From an uncultured delta proteobacterium (GTDB lineage Bacteria; Desulfobacterota; Desulfobacteria; Desulfobacterales; JAFDCJ01): a DNA stretch of 64,000 bases. This document shows positions 31,885-40,688 of the stretch, piece after piece; position 1 is the first letter of the stretch, and each line of letters begins with the position of its first letter. Below the pieces are notes generated by a model. The model saw only the letters and a list, made by a program, of their open reading frames with translations. It had not been told where the DNA came from and made no database searches. Location of the stretch: NCBI GenBank assembly GCA_963769935.1, contig CAVYNY010000017.1, positions 96,001 through 160,000 on the forward strand, written 5' to 3'. The position numbers and the translations under genes are program-made.

Positions 31885-32048
31885 CTAAGAGCTCACTCAA
31901 AGATAACTTCCCATTTTATACGCCGCTGCATCCCGCCCGGCTGCGTTGCGAAAGCTCGGAATATCCAGATATTCCTGCGTTTTCGCGCCTTGCCGGCCGG
32001 GCGCCGCAACGCCTAAAATTGTGAACTTATTTTTGAGTGAACCCTTAG
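31885..32048. mobile_element. MITE-like element
   Basis: About 35-bp imperfect terminal inverted repeats CTAAGAGCTCACTCAAAGATAACTTCCCATTTTA / TAAAATTGTGAACTTATTTTTGAGTGAACCCTTAG with nested internal stems. Confidence 0.7.
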
Positions 32049-32091
32049 GTTTGCCGCCGTCGTGCTCATAAATAGAATGGATTCCATCATC

Positions 32092-32913
32092 ATGCGAAAA
32101 TTTAGTCCAGCAAGACATATACTGTCGATGTTTCTCGGTTTATTTATAGTGCCGGCTTTTTTCGGCATTGCCTGGGGTCATCATGAAAGCATTCCGTGTG
32201 CGACGTGCCATGATAAGACGGCGGAAGAGCTCAAAGATTATGTCCACGACAGTACTAAATTTCCAATCAGTGCGCGCTGTCTTGCCTGCCATGACGGCAG
32301 CATGGATGTATCCGGACTTAATCCGCCTCATGTTATCAACGGCCGGAAGGAATTGGCCGGCGGTTCTTTTTCGCCCACAATTTTTTCCGACACCGTCGGC
32401 CATAATATTCTATCCATTGATCAGGAACAGGGATTGACCCCCCCGGGCGGCGCTTCCCTGGATGATTTTGGCTGTTTAAGCTGCCATGACGCCCACGACA
32501 ACGGAAATTTTCGCAATCTGAAAAAAAAGATAAATGGATACGCAACCTTGGTCGAGGCGGATGGCGACCCGAATTTTCAACAAAACGTTTACATTTCCGG
32601 AATCAACGATTTTTGCGGGGCGTGTCACGAGCGGTTCAACCGCACCCGCAACAGCCGTGGGGCAAGAGGGTGGCGTCAGCATCCTGTGGGAATTACGATA
32701 TCCGGCTCCCGACATGCCGATTTCAACCACTGGTCCAGCCAGTCCGAGCGCATCACCCAGGCCGAATATCCATCGGGAAATTCCTCTGACCTTTACGGAG
32801 CCCAGTTGATCTGTCTTTCATGCCACCGCGCCCATGCCACACCTTATAATAATGCGCTGCGCTGGGATTACAGCCAAAATTCCCAGGGATGTCTGGAATG
32901 TCACCCCTTTTAA
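32092..32913 (+). CDS. Short OmcS-like hexaheme cytochrome c
   Basis: 6 CxxCH; GGSF, GHNI, PPGG, CLSCHDAH, HPVG and CLSCHRAHA motifs colinear with 40689..41873; start approximate. Confidence 0.8.
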   Translation: MRKFSPARHILSMFLGLFIVPAFFGIAWGHHESIPCATCHDKTAEELKDYVHDSTKFPISARCLACHDGSMDVSGLNPPHVINGRKELAGGSFSPTIFSDTVGHNILSIDQEQGLTPPGGASLDDFGCLSCHDAHDNGNFRNLKKKINGYATLVEADGDPNFQQNVYISGINDFCGACHERFNRTRNSRGARGWRQHPVGITISGSRHADFNHWSSQSERITQAEYPSGNSSDLYGAQLICLSCHRAHATPYNNALRWDYSQNSQGCLECHPF

Positions 32914-32970
32914 ATGAATTTCCCACGCAAATACAACTTAGCGCTTATGGGGCTCAACCCTCGGCCCGGG

Positions 32971-33906
32971 TTACTCCTTAACGGCAAATACCTGTATGCG
33001 GTTGTTGTTCGTATCGGCAATAAAGATGTTCCCGCTCTTGTTGATGCACAGTTGAGAGGGATAATTTAAAAGACCTTCTTTCCAGCCCATCGCCGACAGT
33101 CGCCCCAGGAAGGATCCATCCGGCCCGAGAATGATGACCCTGCTGCCATTGTGGTCGACCAGATACATATGTCCCCGGTTATCGGTGGTTATGGCGGTCG
33201 GAAACCGCACATATTCCTTCAAGCTTTGGGTCAGCGGAGAAAACTCGGCCGAATCCTTGGCCGCCGAAAATACCTTGGCATTGATGCTATCGATCAAGAA
33301 AACCGTTCCTTTAAAATCCACTGTGAGATCCGAGAGGAAACCGTAGGCTTTCGGGAATTTTTTTTGTGCCAGGTATCGGCCCTCAGAGTTCAACACCAGG
33401 ATGCGCTCGGAAAATATATCTAAAATATAGATGTCGTCATTGCGGTCGATACAGAAACTGCGCGGGACATATGTCGGGGAAGGCAGTCCGGTCGGATTCA
33501 GGTCGCCGATAAATGCGCCGGCCGGGGTCAGGCGCACAATTCGGCGTTTTTTGCGGTCGAGCACGAAAATTTCGCCTTTGGAATTTAGCTGCACCCGGGT
33601 CGGATAGGCCAGCTCGGGCATCTTAATTGCCGGCGAGCCGCCGCTGATGGTTTGATCCCGCAATATATAGCGCAGGAGCCGGCCGTTTCCGGTGTCCGCT
33701 ACAATTACATGGGATTGGTCATCACAGGCAATGCCTTCAGGCTGCTTGAGCGGCGTGCCATCCTGGCCGGCGGTGCTCGTCTGAGCGGCATAAATGGTTG
33801 TGATATAGCTGAACTTCAACACTTCGGTCCCGAAAGATGCGTCTGAAATCAACCCGAAACTCAGCGTGGCGGTTATCAGGACAATCGTTTTGATAAATGC
33901 GCTCAT
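32971..33906 (-). CDS. NHL-repeat beta-propeller, exported
   Basis: PEGIA, VADTGNGR, IADTNNNRIQVF; signal peptide from MSAFIK. Confidence 0.9.
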   Translation of the reverse strand: MSAFIKTIVLITATLSFGLISDASFGTEVLKFSYITTIYAAQTSTAGQDGTPLKQPEGIACDDQSHVIVADTGNGRLLRYILRDQTISGGSPAIKMPELAYPTRVQLNSKGEIFVLDRKKRRIVRLTPAGAFIGDLNPTGLPSPTYVPRSFCIDRNDDIYILDIFSERILVLNSEGRYLAQKKFPKAYGFLSDLTVDFKGTVFLIDSINAKVFSAAKDSAEFSPLTQSLKEYVRFPTAITTDNRGHMYLVDHNGSRVIILGPDGSFLGRLSAMGWKEGLLNYPSQLCINKSGNIFIADTNNNRIQVFAVKE

Positions 33907-33919
33907 TGCGGTTGCAGTC

Positions 33920-35239
33920 TCACTTTCTGCGTTCGGGATGGCATTGGATGCACAAGTCATAAGTGGTTTCAAACGGCATCATATTGGGCTTGTTTCCGGT
34001 ACCGCAGGCCTTGTGACAGCTCAGGCATTCTACGGTAAGGTTCTTATCTCTCGGATCAATCACCTTTTCTCCAATCGGGTGGGTGGCATGGGTCTCCCAT
34101 TGATGACATTTACCGCAAATTTTCTCACCGATGGAGAGTTGCGGCGGCATGAGAAGGATATTGTCCGCCGCATGGGGTGCATGACAGGCGGTGCAGTTGC
34201 CCGTTTTTACAGGTTCGCACAAAGTCGTATTTTTGGGATTCTTGATCGACCATTGCTGCAGTCTAACCGTATCTTCATGACATCTGCCGCAGGTTTCGCC
34301 GATGGATTTTTCCAGAAGCTTTTTTTGTTTTGAGCCATGGGGATTGTGGCAGTTCAAACATCCGACTTTGTCCGTCAGCGGCCAGTGCACCCGGCTTTTG
34401 GCGAAAATCGCATCCACCGCATCGCGGTGACATTGCCGGCACAGTTCCGTTCCCTGTTTTTTGGTCCTGGTGGCATTCGGCGAGCCGGCATCGAAATGGC
34501 ATTCGGTGCATTTATTTTCGGCGACCGGAGGATGGACTTGATCGTATAAAATACCGCGGGTATTGGATCCATGCGCGCTGTGGCAGGAGTCGCAGTTCGT
34601 ATCGGCAACAGGGTAGCCCAGGTGTTTGCGTTTAAACGAAAGCTGGTTGGTTTTATGGCATTCCGTGCAGAGGGCCGGAACGACGTTTTTTAACAGATAC
34701 TCCGACCTTGCCGATGCGTGCGGATCGTGGCAGTTGAGGCAGCCTTTGCCCTTCATCAATGGATCGTGTTTGAATCGTACTTCGTTGGTTTGCTTACCGA
34801 CATCCTGGTGGCAATTCACGCACAGCGCATTGCCCGATTTGTTGAGAAGGAAGCTGTTGTCCGACCCGTGGGAATTGTGGCAGGTCTGGCAGTTGCCGTC
34901 AACGACCACCTTATGGATGCTGCGCGCTTTGTCCGGCACGACTTGTTGATGGCAACTGCGGCAAAGCGTATTGACGTCCGAAACTAAAAGATTCTTATGG
35001 CTGGAAGTATGCGGATCATGGCAGGCGGTGCAATCTCCCTTTTTAAGCAGCGGATGCACGGACCGTTGTTTGCTCGTTTTGGCCACGTCCTCGTGGCATT
35101 TCAGGCATTGGGTGCCTTTGGCGCCGGGCTGAAGACTAACCTTATGCTGCGGGTATGCCGGCGCAGCAAAGACCATCGTTAAAATTGTGCCGATTAATAA
35201 AAATCGGGCAGATTTAAGGTTTATAAAGTTTCGTCGCAT
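33920..35239 (-). CDS. 16-heme periplasmic cytochrome c
   Basis: 16 CxxCH counted, paired CxxCHxxH repeats, signal peptide. Confidence 0.9.
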   Translation of the reverse strand: MRRNFINLKSARFLLIGTILTMVFAAPAYPQHKVSLQPGAKGTQCLKCHEDVAKTSKQRSVHPLLKKGDCTACHDPHTSSHKNLLVSDVNTLCRSCHQQVVPDKARSIHKVVVDGNCQTCHNSHGSDNSFLLNKSGNALCVNCHQDVGKQTNEVRFKHDPLMKGKGCLNCHDPHASARSEYLLKNVVPALCTECHKTNQLSFKRKHLGYPVADTNCDSCHSAHGSNTRGILYDQVHPPVAENKCTECHFDAGSPNATRTKKQGTELCRQCHRDAVDAIFAKSRVHWPLTDKVGCLNCHNPHGSKQKKLLEKSIGETCGRCHEDTVRLQQWSIKNPKNTTLCEPVKTGNCTACHAPHAADNILLMPPQLSIGEKICGKCHQWETHATHPIGEKVIDPRDKNLTVECLSCHKACGTGNKPNMMPFETTYDLCIQCHPERRK

Positions 35240-35241
35240 GG

Positions 35242-37317
35242 CTATTCGATAATATGGCAATCCTTACACGTTTTGTCGGCAAACGGCTTGTGGACGACGG
35301 CTTTAAAAAACTTGGGATCTGTAGAGGTATGGGGGTCATGGCATTTGCCGCAATCCATCCGGCCGGCATCGACGCTGAGATGGGCCGTTTGAAAAGAATT
35401 TTTCTTATAGTCATGGCATTTGCCGCACAACAGCTGGATAGGTTGCACCATCAGCGCTCGCTGGGCTGCAAAATGGGGTTTATGACATATTTGGCAATTT
35501 TTGAGATCCGAGGGGGCATGCACGTAAATTTTGGCAGTCGCTGCCATAGCGTCTTTTGCGCCGGCGGCGGGAACCTCGGCTTCAGCAGCCGGTTCTTCCT
35601 CCGGTGGGTACATCCTGGCCTTCAGGTCGCTATGGCAGGTCAGGCAGAGGTCCGGGTAATCCGCCAGCAGAAGATTTTTTAGATTCGCTTTATGCGGACT
35701 GTGACACTTCGTGCACTCGCCGGCGACAACCGGGTCGTGTTTGCTTGCGATGTCTTTTATTTCCTCCCCAGGATCCGTGCCGTGGCAGGAATAGCATAAA
35801 AATCCCTGTTTGGCGACGGTCATTCCGGCAAAATCGCTGCCGTGCGCAGCATGGCATTTAAGACACTTTCCGTTTTTAAAAAACTCATGGTTGGACCCTC
35901 CCACGGCTGCCTTCATCAAGTCGCCATGGCAAGCGGCACACAGTTTCGGGTCGTCTATGGCGGCCACTAGAAGTTTATTGTTCTTTGCGCCATGGGATCG
36001 ATGGCAGGACTCGCATTTTCCTTCGATTACCGGCAGGTGCGTATTCGTCTTCAGGAATTTGACTTCAGCGTCAAAATGACAGGCGTAACAAACCGTGTCG
36101 GTCTTGCCTTTGAGCATCCCGTAGAAATTCGATCCGTGGGGGTTGTGACAGACGTCGCATTTGCCCTCGGAAAAAGGCTCATGTCGGATGTGATCTTTTT
36201 GAGCCTCTTTGGTCTTCGCATGGCAGCCCAGGCATAGCGGCTGCTCTTCGGCCAGCAGAAGTTTTTGGGTTTTGGCCGCGTGTTTTTGATGGCAGGAAAG
36301 ACAGCCCCGGCCATCGGTTACCGCTTTGTGAGGGACGCTTGCCGGTACGTTTTTATTTTCGTGGCAGTCAAAACAGAGCGTATTGCCCGCTTTGACCAGC
36401 AAAACCGGATTCTCCGAAGCATGGGGAGCATGACAGGCAATGCATTTTCCTTCCCGGAAGGGTTGATGTTCGATGGTGCCGCCGGCCTTCAGATCGGCAG
36501 CCTTGTGGCAATCTTCGCAAAGTTGGGCGCCTTTTTGCCTGGTGGCAAAGGGGTTTTGAGACGAGGACGCATTGTGGCATTTTTCACAATCAAGCTTGAC
36601 CACCGGGGAATGCGCGCTGGTTTTTAAAAGCTTAAGTTGAGCCGAGGCGTGAGGGCTGTGACAGCCGGCGCAGGAAGCAGTTTCCACCGGATATCCGCGA
36701 TGGGCAGTTTTGAAAGCGGCCTGTTGGACGTTGTGGCAGGACATACACAGCGGCACTTCTTTCTTCCTGAGAAGATCGGCCTGATCCGAGCTGTGCGAGA
36801 AGTGACAGGTGTCGCAGGAATCTGTCTGCAACGGCTTATGCACCACCTTCTTTTGAAAGGCTTTTTGCGGATGGCACTGGTAGCACAGATCACTGCCGGC
36901 AGCCTTTAAGAGAGGGGTTGTCTGGGACGCATGCGGGTTATGGCAATCGGTGCATTTCCCGGTTTTCAAAGCGGTGTGCACCGCGGCTTTATCCAGTCCG
37001 ATTTTTTCAGGAGGATGGCAGGAATAGCAGAGGTCGTTGCCTTCCCTTTTCAGCAGTAGTTTAGGGATGATGCCGTGTCGCAGGTGGCAGTCTTCGCACT
37101 TTTTTTCCTTGACCACCGCGTGCACATCCTTCATTGCCAGATATTTTGCCGCAAAGTCGCTGTGGCAATCCAGACATTCCTTGCGGGCGAATTTACCCGT
37201 TTGGCGTGAAGGGGCCGGAACGCAGGCGGCTACATAAATAAAAATGCCGGCGGCCAATAGAATGGCGACTCCGGCAGATCCGGACAGCCTCGGTAATGAA
37301 ATCGTGGTTTTCCTCAT
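35242..37317 (-). CDS. 26-heme cytochrome c lipoprotein
   Basis: 26 CxxCH counted; lipobox VAAC. Confidence 0.9.
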   Translation of the reverse strand: MRKTTISLPRLSGSAGVAILLAAGIFIYVAACVPAPSRQTGKFARKECLDCHSDFAAKYLAMKDVHAVVKEKKCEDCHLRHGIIPKLLLKREGNDLCYSCHPPEKIGLDKAAVHTALKTGKCTDCHNPHASQTTPLLKAAGSDLCYQCHPQKAFQKKVVHKPLQTDSCDTCHFSHSSDQADLLRKKEVPLCMSCHNVQQAAFKTAHRGYPVETASCAGCHSPHASAQLKLLKTSAHSPVVKLDCEKCHNASSSQNPFATRQKGAQLCEDCHKAADLKAGGTIEHQPFREGKCIACHAPHASENPVLLVKAGNTLCFDCHENKNVPASVPHKAVTDGRGCLSCHQKHAAKTQKLLLAEEQPLCLGCHAKTKEAQKDHIRHEPFSEGKCDVCHNPHGSNFYGMLKGKTDTVCYACHFDAEVKFLKTNTHLPVIEGKCESCHRSHGAKNNKLLVAAIDDPKLCAACHGDLMKAAVGGSNHEFFKNGKCLKCHAAHGSDFAGMTVAKQGFLCYSCHGTDPGEEIKDIASKHDPVVAGECTKCHSPHKANLKNLLLADYPDLCLTCHSDLKARMYPPEEEPAAEAEVPAAGAKDAMAATAKIYVHAPSDLKNCQICHKPHFAAQRALMVQPIQLLCGKCHDYKKNSFQTAHLSVDAGRMDCGKCHDPHTSTDPKFFKAVVHKPFADKTCKDCHIIE

Positions 37318-37346
37318 TGGATGGTGAATGTTAACCGCAGTATCCT

Positions 37347-39083
37347 TTATCTTTTAAGGTCGGTGCGATAAATTTTAACGGGATAATATGCTTTGAGCTT
37401 TTCGGCCCAAACCTCCACGGACTTTTTCAGTTTATCATCGAAAACCTTTTTGGCAATTTCCTGCTTGACCTCTTCAAAGGGTTGAAGCTGGGCCGGGACG
37501 ACCTGATAGATGTACAGCACATAATACCGGCCCCCGGGGCCTTCATACAGTCTGAAATCACCGGTCTTCGCTCTGGAAACCGCTTTTTGCACATTTTCCG
37601 GCATACTGCTTTCCGTTATCAGACTGCCGTCAAACTTTAAAATTCCTGGGGTATTTTGATCGACCTGACCTTCGGCATTGGAGCCTAGCCAGTTGAAGTC
37701 GGTACCCTTTTTGAGCTTATCGATGGCCGCCACGGCAGCGCTTCTTTGGTCAAATACGAGGCTTTTAATTCTCAACAGCCGGGGGGCGGTGTATTGTTCA
37801 GCGTTTTGGGAATAATAGGTTTTCAAATCCTTCGGTTCAAGCTTAATATCGGGGGCGACAGCCTTGCGGATGAACTCATCGAAGAGCAGAGAAATTTCAT
37901 ATTCCGTAACTTTTTGGCGATATTCGTCTGTTTTATCGAGTCCCTGCTTCAAGGCTTCTTTCAACAGCAGTCGTTTTTGAAGCATTTCTTCCAGGATGTC
38001 GCTTTTTTTGCTGTTGATTCTTTTATTTTTGGCGGCCAATTGGACTCCGTGGTAGAATTTCGCTTCAACGGCCGCGCTGAGGTCTGAAACGGTAATGGGT
38101 TTTTCGCCTTTAATCCGGGCCAGAACTCTTTTGTCCGTCAACAAATTTTCAAATCCCGGCTTTTCAGCTTCGTAGTCCAGCCGGTCTAAAAGCGTTTGAT
38201 CCAATTCAACATATTTTTTTTTCAATTCGCTGTAGTATTGTCTGGCCGCCTTAACTTTCTTCTGGTTAAGTGCCTGCCGCCGCGCTATTTCCTTGGCCTC
38301 CGGGTCCTCATCAGCCGGATAGCGGATATCTTCCAGTTTAAAGACGACAAATCCCTTTTTGCCGATGGAAAGAACCGGGCTGACCGATCCGACTTCCATT
38401 TGCGCCGCAAGCTGGGCCACCGGCAGCGTCAGGTCTTTGCTTTTTACATAATCGGCCCGGTTGTCCGCTTCGCCGATGCCCCAGTCAAGGGCTTTTTGCA
38501 AAACGTCGTCAAAACTGACGCCCGCTTTCAGCTGGGTTTGAATCTGCCTGGCAGCATCTTCCGTTTTCAGCCGAAGCGATTTGATCTTAAACTCCTTTAC
38601 CATGGATTTATAGCGCTGTTCAACCACGTCCTCATCGGCCGTAATATCTTTGACATAGCCTTCAAGCAAAAGCTCCCTGAGGGCTTGTTTTGAGTATGTA
38701 TCCAGCGCCGCTTTAATTTCGGGAAGCTCATCCAGTCCCATGTTCCTTGCTTCCAATACGATCAATCGCGTATTGATCAGGCGCTGCATAATGTCGGAAA
38801 AATCGATCCGGCCGGCTTTTTCTCCCCTGGGCCGGGCGGCATGGGAAGCGGCCACGGCGCGATCCAATTCCTCCAGGCTGATCGGATCGTCATTGACGGT
38901 TGCGACGGCTTCTTTACCGTCAATGATCGGCAATTTCTGATCAGACGCCTTGCCGTAGCCGGCAGCTGCCAGGAGAAAAAAACTGGCCGTCACGATGATC
39001 AGCACTGATGAAACTGGTTTCAGGCGCATTGGATTCCTTTTCGGATGTGCTCTCGTGGGTACACTGAGGCGGAAAAAAGCCAT
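37347..39083 (-). CDS. SurA/PpiC-like peptidyl-prolyl isomerase chaperone (duplicated module)
   Basis: VATVNDDPIS, LIVLEARNMGLD and a second copy VLARIKGEKPIT; alternative start at 39029. Confidence 0.8.
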   Translation of the reverse strand: MAFFRLSVPTRAHPKRNPMRLKPVSSVLIIVTASFFLLAAAGYGKASDQKLPIIDGKEAVATVNDDPISLEELDRAVAASHAARPRGEKAGRIDFSDIMQRLINTRLIVLEARNMGLDELPEIKAALDTYSKQALRELLLEGYVKDITADEDVVEQRYKSMVKEFKIKSLRLKTEDAARQIQTQLKAGVSFDDVLQKALDWGIGEADNRADYVKSKDLTLPVAQLAAQMEVGSVSPVLSIGKKGFVVFKLEDIRYPADEDPEAKEIARRQALNQKKVKAARQYYSELKKKYVELDQTLLDRLDYEAEKPGFENLLTDKRVLARIKGEKPITVSDLSAAVEAKFYHGVQLAAKNKRINSKKSDILEEMLQKRLLLKEALKQGLDKTDEYRQKVTEYEISLLFDEFIRKAVAPDIKLEPKDLKTYYSQNAEQYTAPRLLRIKSLVFDQRSAAVAAIDKLKKGTDFNWLGSNAEGQVDQNTPGILKFDGSLITESSMPENVQKAVSRAKTGDFRLYEGPGGRYYVLYIYQVVPAQLQPFEEVKQEIAKKVFDDKLKKSVEVWAEKLKAYYPVKIYRTDLKR

Positions 39084-39132
39084 GACATATTTCCTAATTA
39101 TTTACAAGCCCAAACTTAAGGGAAATGTTCGA

Positions 39133-39147
39133 GCAATTACTATGCCA
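39133..39147 (-). promoter_or_regulatory. Sigma54 -24/-12 promoter (chaperone-26heme-16heme-NHL operon)
   Basis: TGGCAT-AGTAA-TTGC on the minus strand. Confidence 0.85.
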
Positions 39148-39272
39148 GGTGCAGTTCACCGGCGGAAAACTGCCGACCGCCGCACTAGGAGGGAACCGAC
39201 ATAACCAATAAAATTAATCCACCGATGTAAGAGCTGCCAATTCAATGCTTGGGCGGCGACACCCGCCGCAGG

Positions 39273-39308
39273 TGGTGAAATCACCAAACCGATTTGGCAA
39301 TTTCACCA
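39273..39308. promoter_or_regulatory. Tandem enhancer (sigma54 activator) sites
   Basis: TGGTGAAATCACCA and TGGCAATTTCACCA, 22 bp apart. Confidence 0.8.
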
Positions 39309-39405
39309 TCCTTTATAAACCATGCATTTCGTTTAGTACGCGCTGAATTTTTATAACAATTTGTTATTAAATAACAATCGATCAATGACGCCCCTTGCCG
39401 CCGCG

Positions 39406-39420
39406 TGGCACACTCGTTGC
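39406..39420 (+). promoter_or_regulatory. Sigma54 -24/-12 promoter (NHL-omcS operon)
   Basis: TGGCAC-ACTCG-TTGC, consensus match. Confidence 0.9.
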
Positions 39421-39486
39421 AATTATCGTTGCAATAACTATTGGGACCTGATATCTGGTAATAGCTTGAATTGCAGGATTACCGCG

Positions 39487-40473
39487 ATGAAACGTATGCT
39501 CGACAAAATCAAACACTCCATTTCAGCCGCTCTTCGACCGGCGGTTGTCACATTTTTGTTGAGTGCCGTATGGGTTGCAGGTGTCCCGGCCGAAGTTCAG
39601 GCCGAGGTTCAAACCTCCTTCCTTTACCGGCTGTCCAATTTTTCAGGACCCGTGGCTTCCAATTGGGCAACGATCTCAGTTGATCAAGCCAGAGACGAAA
39701 TTTATGTAACCGACGGCCAGTCGGGCATTATCCGGATTTATAATGATCGGGGCATGGAGGTTTATCGTTTTGGCGATGACTGGAATTCAGGCAGCCTCCT
39801 GTTGGCAGCCGCCGCCCGAAATGATGGAAACATTCTCGTCTTGACCCGCAGGTTCTCCGCAAATTCAATTGTGCTCTGCAATTTCAGAGGCGAGTTTCTG
39901 GCCGTACTTGCTTTGCAAGACTTCCCCCCCGATTTTTCGGGTTTTTCACCGACAGACATGGTTTACCGAGACAGACGGCTTTACCTGCTGGATAATAATT
40001 TACTGCGGCTGGCCGTCACCGATTCCAACGGTTATTTCATGGCCGGCTACGATCTCGGCGCGCTGTTGAAGATCGACGATAATAAGCGAATGGCAACCCA
40101 GCTCGGCGGGTTCAGCGTGGATCACGCTGGGAACATATACTTTACCGTGCCGGTGCTTTTTACAGCCTTTAAACTTTCGCCGGACGGTAAGCTGGCAAGC
40201 TTCGGCAAGCCGGGAAGCGCTCCCGGCCGGTTTAACAATCTGGGGGGAATTGTCGCCGATGACCAGGGCTATATTTATGTGGCGGACCGGTTAAAGTCGG
40301 TTGTCATCATATTTGATAAAGATTTCAAGTTCGTGAATGAGTTCGGTTATCGCGGACGCCGGCCGTATAATCTGATAGCTCCCAATGATTTGGATCTGGA
40401 TGCCGCCGGCCGGCTGTATGTGTCCCAGCTGGCCAGTATCGGCGTCAGCGTCTTTAAAATTATCTACCAGTAG
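39487..40473 (+). CDS. NHL-repeat beta-propeller upstream of omcS
   Basis: FGKPGSAPGRF, IYVADRLKS, EFGYRG; the ATG at 39487 lies downstream of the promoter. Confidence 0.88.
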   Translation: MKRMLDKIKHSISAALRPAVVTFLLSAVWVAGVPAEVQAEVQTSFLYRLSNFSGPVASNWATISVDQARDEIYVTDGQSGIIRIYNDRGMEVYRFGDDWNSGSLLLAAAARNDGNILVLTRRFSANSIVLCNFRGEFLAVLALQDFPPDFSGFSPTDMVYRDRRLYLLDNNLLRLAVTDSNGYFMAGYDLGALLKIDDNKRMATQLGGFSVDHAGNIYFTVPVLFTAFKLSPDGKLASFGKPGSAPGRFNNLGGIVADDQGYIYVADRLKSVVIIFDKDFKFVNEFGYRGRRPYNLIAPNDLDLDAAGRLYVSQLASIGVSVFKIIYQ

Positions 40474-40576
40474 CTTCAAACATCTGTAGAAGCTGCCGGA
40501 AAAAAGGAGGTGATGAAACTCAGGTAGGGATAAGGATTTTTTTTGGTTTCCGAATTTTAACGGTCGATACAAAATT

Positions 40577-40664
40577 TTCCCTCCGAAAAAGGTAAACCCA
40601 TCGAAAGGTGGGGTCACAAAGCCGACGGGTCCTCATTAACGGGGGACGGCCGGGCTGCCGGGAA
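40577..40664 (+). ncRNA. c-di-GMP-I (GEMM-I) riboswitch
   Basis: GGTAAACCCATC-GAAA-GGTGGGGTCACAAAGCC..GGGTCC..GGACGGCCGGGCTGCCG: P2 with GNRA loop, CAAAG junction, P3; 25 nt before the omcS ATG. Confidence 0.9.
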
Positions 40665-40688
40665 GATGAAGATAAGGAGAACAACTGG

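Noticed and set aside
39361..39486. Longer N-termini given by the ORF track (also 40608-40688 and 58521-58619)
   Set aside because: They overlap sigma54 promoters or the riboswitch; downstream ATGs have RBS and signal peptides
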